Assembly: GCA_038230375.1 (NCBI GenBank)
Contig: JBBRNJ010000112.1
Coordinates: 1-24,072 of the forward strand
DNA length: 24,072 nt
DNA from: Polyangiales bacterium
GTDB lineage: Bacteria > Myxococcota_A > Polyangia > Polyangiales > Polyangiaceae
Direction: 5' to 3'
The translations under genes were made by a program, and so were the position numbers. Position 1 is the stretch's first letter, and each line of letters begins with the position of its first letter. The notes beneath the pieces were generated by a model. The model worked only from the letters and a program-made list of their open reading frames with translations, was not told where the DNA came from and did no database searches. This document shows positions 8,732-17,871 of this stretch, one piece after another.

Positions 8732-9903
8732 GGAGCGCCCTCACGACGAACGCGACTACCCAGCGTGGCGCCGACCGTGCGCATGACCAGGTGTAGGGGC
8801 GTGACCTCTTCGACGTCGATCTCGCACGTCGCCGGCAGGCCATGTTGTATCGGGATCGGGGAGTCAGGCGGAAGGAAGACCGACAGCTCGACCCGCACCT
8901 TTCCTTCTCGCACCTCGCCGCCGACTCGCGAGACCGTCGCCGGAATAGTGCCGTACTGCATCCAGGGAAATCCCGTCAGTCGCAGTCGCGCGTGCTGACC
9001 CGGGCGCACGCGTCCCAGCGCATCGGCGGGCACGAGCTCCGCGACCGCCTTCATGGTTCCATCCGGCACGACGGAAAGAAGCCTGGCGCCGGGCTGAACG
9101 TAAGCGCCAACGTTGATGGGCGCGATCTCCCCGATGCGGCCTGAAACGGGCGAGTGGACCGTGCCGCGATCGATGCGCTCTTCGAGAACACGGATCGCGG
9201 CGTTGGTGGTGATGCGGGTGCCGTCGAGCTCCGCCACGGTGCGACGCAGGTCCTCGATGCGTGCAATTCCCTGGCTGCCTCGTGCCGCCTGCTCACGCTT
9301 GATGGTCTCCAGGTCCAGCTCCCGGACCTTCGCGCCTGCTCCCTTCTGCTGCGCCTCCGAAAGGAGTCGCATCGCTTCGAGCTCGGGGATCGATCCGGCA
9401 TCGAAGAGCACGTGGGCGCGACGCGCTTCCTCCTTCGCCTGCACCGAGGCAAGCTCGGCCTGATCGAGGCTGGCGCGGCCCTGATCCAGAGACGCGAGCG
9501 TGGCTCGCTCCTGATCACTCAGCGCTTGCTGTTGCGCTGCTATCTCGCGCGTGGCTGCGGCGAGCTGGGGCTCCATCGCAACCAGGCGAGCGCCAAGCTC
9601 CTCGAGCTGTCGCCGCTCGAGCTCGGAGTCGATCGTGACGAGCGAATCGCCCGCCTGCACCTCGCGACCAAGCACGACGTCCGCACGGACGATGCGTCCG
9701 GCGACGGGTGAGTCGATCGCGTACGAGCGTTGATCGACCTCGATGCGCGCGTCCTCCGTCACCGCGTGGACGGAGATGGGCACGCGTGTGAACCAAAAAA
9801 ACCACGCCGCCAGCGTGGCGAGCGCCAGCACGAAGGTGACGAAGGAGGCCCGCGGACGATCGTCCCCAAGCGCTCGGAGGGTTCTTGAAAACGTCGCCGC
9901 CAC
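8728..9903 (-). CDS. HlyD-family membrane fusion/secretion protein
   Basis: N-terminal TM anchor, lipoyl half-motifs IDSPVAGRI and VHSPVSGRI, long coiled coil, GFPWMQYGTIPATV beta-barrel motif. Confidence 0.92.
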   Translation of the reverse strand: MAATFSRTLRALGDDRPRASFVTFVLALATLAAWFFWFTRVPISVHAVTEDARIEVDQRSYAIDSPVAGRIVRADVVLGREVQAGDSLVTIDSELERRQLEELGARLVAMEPQLAAATREIAAQQQALSDQERATLASLDQGRASLDQAELASVQAKEEARRAHVLFDAGSIPELEAMRLLSEAQQKGAGAKVRELDLETIKREQAARGSQGIARIEDLRRTVAELDGTRITTNAAIRVLEERIDRGTVHSPVSGRIGEIAPINVGAYVQPGARLLSVVPDGTMKAVAELVPADALGRVRPGQHARLRLTGFPWMQYGTIPATVSRVGGEVREGKVRVELSVFLPPDSPIPIQHGLPATCEIDVEEVTPLHLVMRTVGATLGSRVRREGAP

Positions 9904-9956
9904 GACGCGTGACTATACGACAAAGCGCTGCCGTGACGCGCATCGTGCTTGGCCTC

Positions 9957-10904
9957 TCAGAACGAGCCTAACAGCACGGCGCCGCTCGGGCTGATCGTCG
10001 CGGTCACCGGAGCGTTCTTGGGTGCAGCGATGAAGATGACGATGCCGGCAGCCGCGAGCGCGGAACCGGCGATGAAGCCAACGGACGAGACCGTTCGCAG
10101 CGTGTTGTAAGCATCCGCGTCGCTCTTGTGCGCCGGATCGCACGCTAGCTGCGGGCCGCACTTTCCTTCCAGGTCGCTTTTTCCGGAGAGTGCCATGGCT
10201 CCAGTGACGGCTCCGAGGACCACGCCGGCAGCGCCAACGCCGATGCCGATGTACCCGGCGGTTCGCAGCGGCGATCGGGATGGCTTGTGATCGGTGTTGC
10301 CGTCGGGCCCCTGCACCGGCATCCGTAGCTCGAGAGCCACCTGCTGCACCTGGCCCTCCGCGAGCGTGACATCCCTGGCGACGACATCGGCGCCGCTGCG
10401 AGCTTCGATGTGGTGGGCGCCTGGATCCGCGGCTCTCTGGAGGCCGAACACGGCGCGCGGAACCGGCTGCCCGTCGATCGTCACGCCGGCAGTGGACGGG
10501 CCAGTCAGATTGACGACGATGCTCGGGATCCTTGGCATGAGCGCAGTGCGCTCCGTCCCTGCTTGCGCGATCGCTTCGCGCTGCTTTGCGGCCTTGTCCG
10601 GATCGAGATCGGCCGGAAGGGACATCCGAGAAACCGCGAGGTAGCGGTCGGCAGACTCGTTCAACCGCCCGAGTTTTTCGAGGCAGCGGGCGATGCGCAC
10701 GCCCAGTGTGGGCCGGCGAACGAGCGCAAACGCGCGCTCGTACCGATCCATGGCGTCGGCGAATTTCCCCGCCTGGAACAGATCGGAGGCTTCGTCGGAT
10801 AGCCGAACTGCGGTCTCCGTCGTTGCGGCGTCCTCCGCACGCGCCGTGGATGATGCGAGCAGGAACGCGAACGCGAGCGCGGCGATGAAAGGTCGTGCAT
10901 TCAT
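9957..10904 (-). CDS. Secreted/membrane TPR + PEGA-like protein of the type paired with myxobacterial Ser/Thr kinases
   Basis: Start re-called at ATG 10904 (MNARPFIAALAF, signal peptide); TPR-like helices; VTIDG..DPGAHHIEA; two C-terminal hydrophobic helices; terminal LLGSF. Confidence 0.85.
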   Translation of the reverse strand: MNARPFIAALAFAFLLASSTARAEDAATTETAVRLSDEASDLFQAGKFADAMDRYERAFALVRRPTLGVRIARCLEKLGRLNESADRYLAVSRMSLPADLDPDKAAKQREAIAQAGTERTALMPRIPSIVVNLTGPSTAGVTIDGQPVPRAVFGLQRAADPGAHHIEARSGADVVARDVTLAEGQVQQVALELRMPVQGPDGNTDHKPSRSPLRTAGYIGIGVGAAGVVLGAVTGAMALSGKSDLEGKCGPQLACDPAHKSDADAYNTLRTVSSVGFIAGSALAAAGIVIFIAAPKNAPVTATISPSGAVLLGSF

Positions 10905-10905
10905 C

Positions 10906-12336
10906 TCAGAGGCCCAGATCTTCTTTCTTCGGCGGCAGTGCGGTGGTGCTCGGGGCGGGAATGATGGTGGAGGGCGGATGGGCGGAGCCGACCGGAGCCA
11001 GGCTCTTCGAGCCGGACGCAGGCGCAGCGGCCACACCCGCGTGTGTTGCCACGATCGACCCTGCGTTGTACGGCATGCTGGGCTTTGCGGACGGCGACGG
11101 CGCATCGACCGAAGAAGCGGTGGCGAGCGCGGTACTCACGGGCGCCGCTGCGCTGCCCAGCGTGGCGGTCGCGGACACGGGTGCGATCACAGTCTCTGCT
11201 GGTGCTCCAGCGCTGGTCGCTGGCCCGCCTGCCGATGGGGCGCGCCTGACCGCGAATATCAGCGCGCCGCCGCCCGCGACCACGATCAGCACGAGCGCTG
11301 CCGACAAAGGAGTGAGCATCCGGCGACCCGGCTTCATCCGCTGCGGCAGCAGGTCGACGGGGATCGCAATCGTCCGGGCCTGCTCCACGAGCTCGCGTTC
11401 CGACGGCGCGGCAAGCGCGATGCCGGGCGCCGAGACGCGCGGTACGTCGATGACGTTCGCATCGCGACCGGCGAACGGCAGCAGACGGTCGCGCAGCGAC
11501 ACGGCATCCGGCATGCGCTTCTCGCGATCACGCAGGAGACAGGCATGAACGACGGACGCGAGATCTGCCGGCACGTCCGGGCGATCATTGCGAAGCGGCG
11601 CCACGTCTTCTTCGCGAATCTTCGCGAACACATCTCCAAGGCTGTCCCCCTTGAAGGCTTCCCGGCCCGTCAGCATCTCGTAGAGGATGACCCCGAGCGC
11701 CCACACGTCCGTCCGGGCGTCTACTCCCTTGGTGTTGCGCACCTGTTCGGGCGACATGTAAGCCGGCGAACCCAGCATGGACTGGCTCGACGTGATGGAC
11801 AGCTCTGGGGCGTCGCCATCCGACACCTTGGAGATCCCGAAGTCGAGCACGCGCACACGACGCTGGCCACCGGCCTTGCCCGACAGAAAGATGTTGGCGG
11901 GCTTGAGATCGCGATGAACGATTCCCAGTGCGTGCGCCTCGATGATCGCGTCGAGAGCATCCACGATGTACCCCACGGCCTCTGCGATGGGGAGCGCGCC
12001 GCGAGTCTCGATCTCGCTGGAGAGATCGACGCCCGAGAGGAGCTCCATGACCATGAAGGGCAGTCCGCGCTCGTCAGTGCCGATGTCGAAAACGCGGACG
12101 ACGTGATCCGAGCGAAGGCGCGCGGCGGCTCGCGCTTCCCGAAGGAATCGCTGCACCACGTCGGGTCGTGCGACCATCTCGGGAAGAAGGAACTTCACGG
12201 CGACGCGCTGACCGAGCGCCACGTTCTCGGCCTCCATGATCACGCCCATGCCTCCTTCGGCCACCACGCGGAGAACGCGGTATTTGCCGGCGATCATGGT
12301 ACCAGGCGCGAGCGCACTCTCCAGGGTCGGCTGCAT
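10906..12336 (-). CDS. Hanks-type Ser/Thr protein kinase with TM helix and Ala/Pro-rich tail
   Basis: AEGGMG, VAVK, HRDLKPAN, DFG, YMSPEQ, DVWALG motifs. Start is ATG 12336 or GTG 12357. Confidence 0.95.
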   Translation of the reverse strand: MQPTLESALAPGTMIAGKYRVLRVVAEGGMGVIMEAENVALGQRVAVKFLLPEMVARPDVVQRFLREARAAARLRSDHVVRVFDIGTDERGLPFMVMELLSGVDLSSEIETRGALPIAEAVGYIVDALDAIIEAHALGIVHRDLKPANIFLSGKAGGQRRVRVLDFGISKVSDGDAPELSITSSQSMLGSPAYMSPEQVRNTKGVDARTDVWALGVILYEMLTGREAFKGDSLGDVFAKIREEDVAPLRNDRPDVPADLASVVHACLLRDREKRMPDAVSLRDRLLPFAGRDANVIDVPRVSAPGIALAAPSERELVEQARTIAIPVDLLPQRMKPGRRMLTPLSAALVLIVVAGGGALIFAVRRAPSAGGPATSAGAPAETVIAPVSATATLGSAAAPVSTALATASSVDAPSPSAKPSMPYNAGSIVATHAGVAAAPASGSKSLAPVGSAHPPSTIIPAPSTTALPPKKEDLGL

Positions 12337-12460
12337 CGACGAACCCTCAGCGTACACGCGGGCGCCCTCTCACTCCAGATGTGAGTAGAAAAGTAGGCAG
12401 GACGGTTCGCGGCCTGCGCGGCCCACATGACACCCCCTTGGAGATGCTAAGCTAGGGGCG

Positions 12461-14560
12461 GTGAGGGTCGCTTTCACGCATTTGCGCGCGCTCTTCCTCT
12501 CGGTATTCGTGATGGTGTTGCCCTTCGCGTGCGTTCTGCCCGCGGCGACCACGTCCACCTCGGATGCACCCTCGAACGCGGACGGAGGCGATGGCGCCAA
12601 TGGAACGCTCGCGATCGGCGGCACCGTCACCGGCCTGGAAGGCGCGAGCGTCGAGCTCGTACTGAATGGCGGCGAGAAGTCGACGGTGAACGCCGACGGA
12701 CCGTTCCATTTCAAGGGGCTGCTCTCACCAGGCGCGCCGTACGCGGTGACCGTCGGGACGAGCCCCACGATGCACGCATGCTCCATCGTGAACGGCAGCG
12801 GCACCGTCGCGCAGGCCGATATCACCAACATCACAGTCGCCTGTCCCTCGACGGACACCGCGCTCACGAATCTCTCGCTCTCGCCCGGCGTGCTTGCGCC
12901 AACGTTCGCTTCTGGCACGACCATGTACACAGCGAATGCGGAGGTCACGTCGCTCGTCACGGGACAGCCCACCGGGACGCTCACGGCAACGACCCGGTCG
13001 CCCGGGGCGACGCTCGCGCTCGGCGTAGCAAAGCTCATTTCCGGCAAGCCCACGCCGCTCATGCTCGCCGTCGGAATGAGCTCGGTCAATGTCGCGGTGA
13101 CCGCGGCGGACGGCAAGTCGAAGGCGAACTACCGCGTCGACGTGAATGGCACGCGCGGCGCGGAAGAGGCCTATCTGAAGGCCTCGAACACCATCATGGC
13201 GCAAGCCTTCGGCGCCTCCGTCGCGCTCTCCGGCGACACGCTCGCGGTCGGCGTGCCAGGAGATGCAAGCGCGGCGAGCGGTGTCAACGGCGACCCGACG
13301 GGCACAGCGAAGCCCGGATCGGGCGCGGTCTTCGTCTTCGTTCGCAAGGGCTCTGCGTGGACGCAGCAGGCGTACATCAAGGCGCAGACGTCGAAGGCAG
13401 GCTTCGCGTTCGGCCAAGCGGTGGCGCTCGAGGGCGATACGCTCGCCGTCGGCGTGATCCACGACACGAGCAATCAGACCGGATCACACGCTGACGACTC
13501 CGGCGCAAACAGCGCGTCTCCCGACTCCGGGGCTGTCTACGTCTACGTCCGGACTGGCACCACGTGGGCTCCGCAGGCGTATATCAAGGCGTCCAACACG
13601 ATCGACAGCGCGAGTTTCGGCGCGTCCATCGCGCTCTCACAAGACACGCTCGCGGTCGGCGCGCCGCTCGAGAGCTGCAAGTCGAGCGGGATCAACGGGA
13701 ACCAATCCAACTGCGGCTCGTTCGCTTCCGGCGCCGCCTACGTGTTCACGCGATCGGGAGCGACGTGGACGCAGGAGGCATACGTGAAGGCCTCCAATGC
13801 CCTTGGCAGCCAGCTCTTCGGAGGCTCCGTGTCTCTCACGAAGGCGGGGAACACGCTCGCGGTTGGCGCGGCCGGTGAATCGAGCAACGCAAAGGGAATC
13901 AACGGCGCGCAGGCGGATGTCTCGGCGATGAGCGCGGGCGCGGTCTACGTCTTCACGCGCGCGGGCACCTGGTCGCAGGAGGCGTATGTCAAAGCTTCCA
14001 ACACGCTCGCGAACCAGCGCTTCGGTGCCGCGATGTCGATCGTGGGCGACACGCTCGCTGTCGGCGCGCCCGGGGAGGCGAGCGCCGCGCTCGGGATCGA
14101 CGGCGACCAGACGAATGTCAGCGCCGTCGGCGCGGGTGCGGTCTACGTCTTCACGCGCGCGGTCACCGTCTGGTCGCAGCAAGCGTACGTCAAGGCATCG
14201 AACACGCTCACGAACCAGGGTTTCGGTGGCTCCCTTGCTCTCCTCGGTGACAACCTCGCGGTCGGCGCGCTCGGCGAATCGAGCGGGGCCACCGGCATCG
14301 GCGGCAACCAAGGGGACACGAGCCTGATGCGCGCTGGTGCCGTCTACTTGTTTCTGCGCGGTGGGACTGCGTGGTCGCAGACGGCGTACGTCAAGTCGTC
14401 CAACACGCAAGCGGACCAGGACTTCGGCGCCGCGCTCGCGTTGTCATCGGACACTCTGGTGGTCGGCGCCGTGAAGGAGTCCAGCAGCGCGAAAGGGATC
14501 AACGGCGACCAGAAGAAGACCGACGCCCCAGGCGCCGGCGCGACGTACGTTTTTCGCTAG
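12461..14560 (+). CDS. Lipoprotein with Ig/cadherin-like domains and seven FG-GAP (integrin-alpha-like) repeats, a predicted 7-bladed beta-propeller
   Basis: Lipobox LPFAC; cadherin-like beta-sandwich (LTNLSLS..LAPTF..VTAADG..Y); seven copies of AYxKASN..FGxSVAL.GDTLAVGA..GAVYVF. Confidence 0.9.
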   Translation: MRVAFTHLRALFLSVFVMVLPFACVLPAATTSTSDAPSNADGGDGANGTLAIGGTVTGLEGASVELVLNGGEKSTVNADGPFHFKGLLSPGAPYAVTVGTSPTMHACSIVNGSGTVAQADITNITVACPSTDTALTNLSLSPGVLAPTFASGTTMYTANAEVTSLVTGQPTGTLTATTRSPGATLALGVAKLISGKPTPLMLAVGMSSVNVAVTAADGKSKANYRVDVNGTRGAEEAYLKASNTIMAQAFGASVALSGDTLAVGVPGDASAASGVNGDPTGTAKPGSGAVFVFVRKGSAWTQQAYIKAQTSKAGFAFGQAVALEGDTLAVGVIHDTSNQTGSHADDSGANSASPDSGAVYVYVRTGTTWAPQAYIKASNTIDSASFGASIALSQDTLAVGAPLESCKSSGINGNQSNCGSFASGAAYVFTRSGATWTQEAYVKASNALGSQLFGGSVSLTKAGNTLAVGAAGESSNAKGINGAQADVSAMSAGAVYVFTRAGTWSQEAYVKASNTLANQRFGAAMSIVGDTLAVGAPGEASAALGIDGDQTNVSAVGAGAVYVFTRAVTVWSQQAYVKASNTLTNQGFGGSLALLGDNLAVGALGESSGATGIGGNQGDTSLMRAGAVYLFLRGGTAWSQTAYVKSSNTQADQDFGAALALSSDTLVVGAVKESSSAKGINGDQKKTDAPGAGATYVFR

Positions 14561-14603
14561 CTTGCGTGGCGCGAGCGGGCGAGGTTGCCTGCAGCTGAGC
14601 CAA

Positions 14604-14612
14604 TGCTAGATT
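14604..14612 (+). promoter_or_regulatory. Extended -10 element TGC-TAGATT, 6 nt upstream of the peptide ATG (leaderless-type)
   Basis: Same TGn-TAnnnT-N6/7-start arrangement as at 3954, 12461 and 21213. Confidence 0.55.
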
Positions 14613-14618
14613 CAGGAC

Positions 14619-14750
14619 ATGAAAAAGTCCGAGAAGCCCGCCAAGACGCCCGCGGTCAAGGTTCGTTCGAATGCCGTTCGCGTGAAGACGAACGTCCGTG
14701 CTGGTGACCTCTACATGCAGAACCCGCGAGGCAACAACGACCCCTCGTGA
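14619..14750 (+). CDS. 43-aa putative RiPP precursor peptide MKKSEKPAKTPAVKVRSNAVRVKTNVRAG-DLYMQNPRGNNDPS
   Basis: Translated by hand (below the ORF-track cutoff). Promoter-like element upstream; basic leader ending VKTNVRAG; TGA overlaps the GTG of the JmjC gene (GTGA, 14747-14750). Confidence 0.75.
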   Translation: MKKSEKPAKTPAVKVRSNAVRVKTNVRAGDLYMQNPRGNNDPS

Positions 14751-15976
14751 CGTCTGGCTGGGCTGCGCTGTCGACTCCCCCGGCAGAGTTGCTCGGTAGG
14801 TACTGGCACAAGGCTCCGCTCGTCCAGCGACACGGACCGCGTGCACTCGAGGCACTGGGTCGCGCGCCGGTGAGCGACGACCCAATCCCATTCTTCGAGG
14901 ATGTTCGGGCGCTGGTCGCCAGCGGGAAGGGAATCGTCTACGCCTCGCTGCCTCATTCTCGGTGGCTCGCGGGGTCGTCGCCGGAGAGGCCATACTTCAG
15001 CGTCCCCGTTGATGCGATCGAAAGGATTGTCGGTGCGGGCTACTCCGTGCAGATCAATGGGCTCGAGCATCTGCTTGGGCGCTTCGAGGGCATCGCGCGC
15101 GCTGGACGTGGGCTCGCTGGCGAGATCGGCCACGCAGGCGCGCTCGGGATCGGTCTCACCATCTCGCCGCCTGGCGCCGAGTTCGATCCACATCTTGATC
15201 CTGCTGGCGCGCTGATCGTCCAGACCTCAGGACGAAAGCGCTATCGGTTCGGCCGCGCGCCGCTGGTCGAACATCCGCGCGCGAAAGGATTCATCGTGGC
15301 AGGAGGGCGGGTCCGCTACGAAGACGAGCCCGACGACGAACCCGTGTATGATGCACGCGATTCGGACGAAGCGATCCTTGGGCCCGGTGATTCGCTCTAC
15401 CTCCCGGCCGGGTGCGTCCACGAAACGAAGGCGGTCGAGACGTCGTGGGCGCTCCTCTTCATGTTCATGGAGGTTGGGGTGGCGGAGATCGCCAGCGATC
15501 TGATCGCGCGCGCGTTCGAGGACGATCCAGCGTTTCGCCACGTGCCACCGCTCGGCGAGTGTCGGAGCGCGTTGCCGAACGAGGCCCGCGAATTCGCCGT
15601 CACGCGGCTGCGGCAGGCCGCGGCGCGGATCGAGGCGGCGAGCGATCTCGAGGTGGCGTCGATGCTGCTCGGGCGCGTTGCGCGACACGCGTCGGCCGCC
15701 CACGTAGCGTCGCCCACACCGTTCGAAGATGATGCGATGATCGCCCTCGATCCAGACCCGGCGCTTCGCTGGATCACCGGAGACGATGTCACGCGAGTCT
15801 TCGCAGGCTCGGACGAGCTTGAGCTCGCTGGCGACTGGACGCCGTTCATGCATGCGATGGACGGCGCAGCGCTTCGCGTTCGAGACGCATTGACCCGAGC
15901 CCCCGACCCCACGACGGCGCGCGAGGTCATTCACACGCTCGTCGATCACGGAGTCCTGAGACTGCTCACGCGCTGA
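14747..15976 (+). CDS. JmjC/cupin-4 family Fe(II)/2-oxoglutarate oxygenase with C-terminal winged-helix-like region
   Basis: FDPHLD..IVQTSGRKRY..LGPGDSLYLPAGCVHET gives the HxD...H facial triad; C-terminal AREVIHTLVDHGVL helix. Confidence 0.88.
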   Translation: MTSGWAALSTPPAELLGRYWHKAPLVQRHGPRALEALGRAPVSDDPIPFFEDVRALVASGKGIVYASLPHSRWLAGSSPERPYFSVPVDAIERIVGAGYSVQINGLEHLLGRFEGIARAGRGLAGEIGHAGALGIGLTISPPGAEFDPHLDPAGALIVQTSGRKRYRFGRAPLVEHPRAKGFIVAGGRVRYEDEPDDEPVYDARDSDEAILGPGDSLYLPAGCVHETKAVETSWALLFMFMEVGVAEIASDLIARAFEDDPAFRHVPPLGECRSALPNEAREFAVTRLRQAAARIEAASDLEVASMLLGRVARHASAAHVASPTPFEDDAMIALDPDPALRWITGDDVTRVFAGSDELELAGDWTPFMHAMDGAALRVRDALTRAPDPTTAREVIHTLVDHGVLRLLTR

Positions 15977-16014
15977 GAGGTGCGCCGCACGAGGTTTCAG
16001 CGACGTTTCACAAT

Positions 16015-16050
16015 GAGCGCGTAGGTAAAAGAAGGGCCGTTTCGGTCCGC
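16015..16050. repeat. 36-bp direct repeat, copy 1 (GAGCGCGTAGGTAAAAGAAGGGCCGTTTCGGTCCGC)
   Basis: 35/36 identical to 19125-19160. The minus strand reads as a weak hairpin followed by UUCUUUU. Confidence 0.9.
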
Positions 16051-16116
16051 GGGGGTCCGCTGCGATCCTGGCGACGGCCTGGTCACAGCGTCGGAAGGTC
16101 GGGATCGTGAGAGCGA

Positions 16117-17871
16117 TCAGAGCTGCTGCATTCGTCGCTCGCGTGCATCTATCGACTCGATGGCGGCGCGCAGGTCATCGACGGACATCGGCTTATCAAG
16201 CGTGGGGACGGGGACGGACTCGAGGAACTCCGTGAGGCTGTCGGTGAACGTGCCGCCTGTCATGAACACGAATCGGGCGAGCTGCGCGGGCGAGGTCTGC
16301 TCCAGATGCCGGTAGAGATCGCGACCAGTGCGATTGGGCATCATCACGTCACAGAAGATGACGTCAAAGGCGCGCGCCTGGAGGGCTTCGAGCGCTTCAT
16401 CCACGCTGCCTACCGCGAAGATCACGTGCTCGCGGGAGAGGGCGCGCTCGATCCATCTCCGCGACAGCTGGTCGTCGTCGACCACCAGGATTGCCTTGCG
16501 CGCCTCGCGCACAGAAGAGATCACTGCGGTGTCCGCACTCCTGGATTGGTCCGCTGCTCGCGGGAGCTCCACGGTGACCGATGTTCCCTTGCCGAGCTGA
16601 CTCGTCACGCGGACCTTGCCTCCGAAGCCCTCCACGATGCCCTTCACGATGGGGAGGCCCAGGCCCGTGCCGACGCCAATGGGCTTGGTGGAGAAGAACG
16701 GGTCGAAGATTCGCTCCAGCTGGTCTGCCGCGATTCCTGCTCCAGTATCGCGGACGGTCGCGCACACGTTTCCCGATGGGTCCACCTCCGTCCGCACTAC
16801 GATCACGTTGTCGTTGGCGCGCCCCTCCGGGATCGCCTGCGCTGCGTTGACGAGCAGGTTCAAGAAGACCTGATGCAGGCGCGAATCGTTCGCCTCTACG
16901 AGCGGCACTGGTGTCAGCTCCCGAACTATCCGCGCTCGATGGCGCAGCTGGTTCGCTGCGGTGTGTAGCGCTGACTCCATGACGTCGTTCAGGTCGACAG
17001 GCTCGTGTGTCTCGTCATCTGCGCGTGACAGCATGCGAAGGTCGCGCGCAATGAGACGAATGCGCTCCAACCCGTCTCGCGCGTCCGTGAGCGCCGGGCC
17101 CACTTCCGGCCCGACTGACGTCCTGCCTCCAAGCTGCTCAGCGACGAACTCGATGTTGCCCAGTATGGCGGCGAGCGGGTTGTTGATCTCGTGCGCAACG
17201 CTCGCGACCAGCTGCCCAACGGCCGCCAGTCGCTCCGCGACGATGAGCCGCTGCGCCGCCAGCTTTCGCTCGTCCGTCACGTCGCGCATGGACCAGAGGC
17301 GTCCCCGCACGGCACCATCCTTCATCACCACGGGGCCGGTGGAGCCGTCGATCACGCGTCCGTCCGCCAGCACGATGTCGTCGGACGCGTGGATGCCCTC
17401 ATCAGCGCGAATCGCGAGCACCCCCGCGCGCGCCAGTGCGGGGTCCATCGCTAGCGAGATACAGTGCTCGATCACGTCGGCGATCTTCGTCGTCGGGGTG
17501 TGGAGCTCCGCAGGCACCCGCATCAGGTCGACGAAGCGCGTGTTCATGAAGGTCACATTGCCGTCCTTGTCGACCACGACGATGCCGTGCATCACGCCCT
17601 CCTGGATGGCGGTCGCGAGCGCAAGGCCCTGCTCCAGCTCCTCTGTGCGCCGGGCCAGCGCGTCCTCCGAGCGCCGGTGGAGATCTTCGTAGAGCTCAGT
17701 CATCTCCTCCGAGCAGACGGCGAGCGATCGCTCCAGCATGTAGCGATCCTGGTCCGCCTGGCCGTACGTCTCGGCGACGTGGTCCCGCAGCGCGGCCCAT
17801 TGCTGCGCCGTCGGCGGTTGCGTCTCGTCGAGACCCACCTTCTTCAGCTGCCTTTTCAGGAGGGGGTGCAT
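16117..17871 (-). CDS. PAS-domain hybrid sensor histidine kinase/response regulator
   Basis: Start re-called at MHPLLKRQL (17871); PAS; H-box [37 protein letters not shown]; receiver VVDDD..CDVMMP..K. Confidence 0.93.
   Translation of the reverse strand: MHPLLKRQLKKVGLDETQPPTAQQWAALRDHVAETYGQADQDRYMLERSLAVCSEEMTELYEDLHRRSEDALARRTEELEQGLALATAIQEGVMHGIVVVDKDGNVTFMNTRFVDLMRVPAELHTPTTKIADVIEHCISLAMDPALARAGVLAIRADEGIHASDDIVLADGRVIDGSTGPVVMKDGAVRGRLWSMRDVTDERKLAAQRLIVAERLAAVGQLVASVAHEINNPLAAILGNIEFVAEQLGGRTSVGPEVGPALTDARDGLERIRLIARDLRMLSRADDETHEPVDLNDVMESALHTAANQLRHRARIVRELTPVPLVEANDSRLHQVFLNLLVNAAQAIPEGRANDNVIVVRTEVDPSGNVCATVRDTGAGIAADQLERIFDPFFSTKPIGVGTGLGLPIVKGIVEGFGGKVRVTSQLGKGTSVTVELPRAADQSRSADTAVISSVREARKAILVVDDDQLSRRWIERALSREHVIFAVGSVDEALEALQARAFDVIFCDVMMPNRTGRDLYRHLEQTSPAQLARFVFMTGGTFTDSLTEFLESVPVPTLDKPMSVDDLRAAIESIDARERRMQQL

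Noticed and set aside
10905..11105. ORF-track N-terminal extension of the TPR gene
   Set aside because: Overlaps the kinase 3' end; the signal peptide begins at ATG 10904.
10693..12384. 563-aa plus-strand ORF
   Set aside because: Antisense shadow of the Ser/Thr kinase; Arg/His-rich, typical of high-GC reverse frames.
13160..14560. Nucleotide-level repeats (e.g. GACACGCTCGCGGTCGGCG)
   Set aside because: Fully explained by the seven FG-GAP protein repeats; not a DGR or CRISPR.
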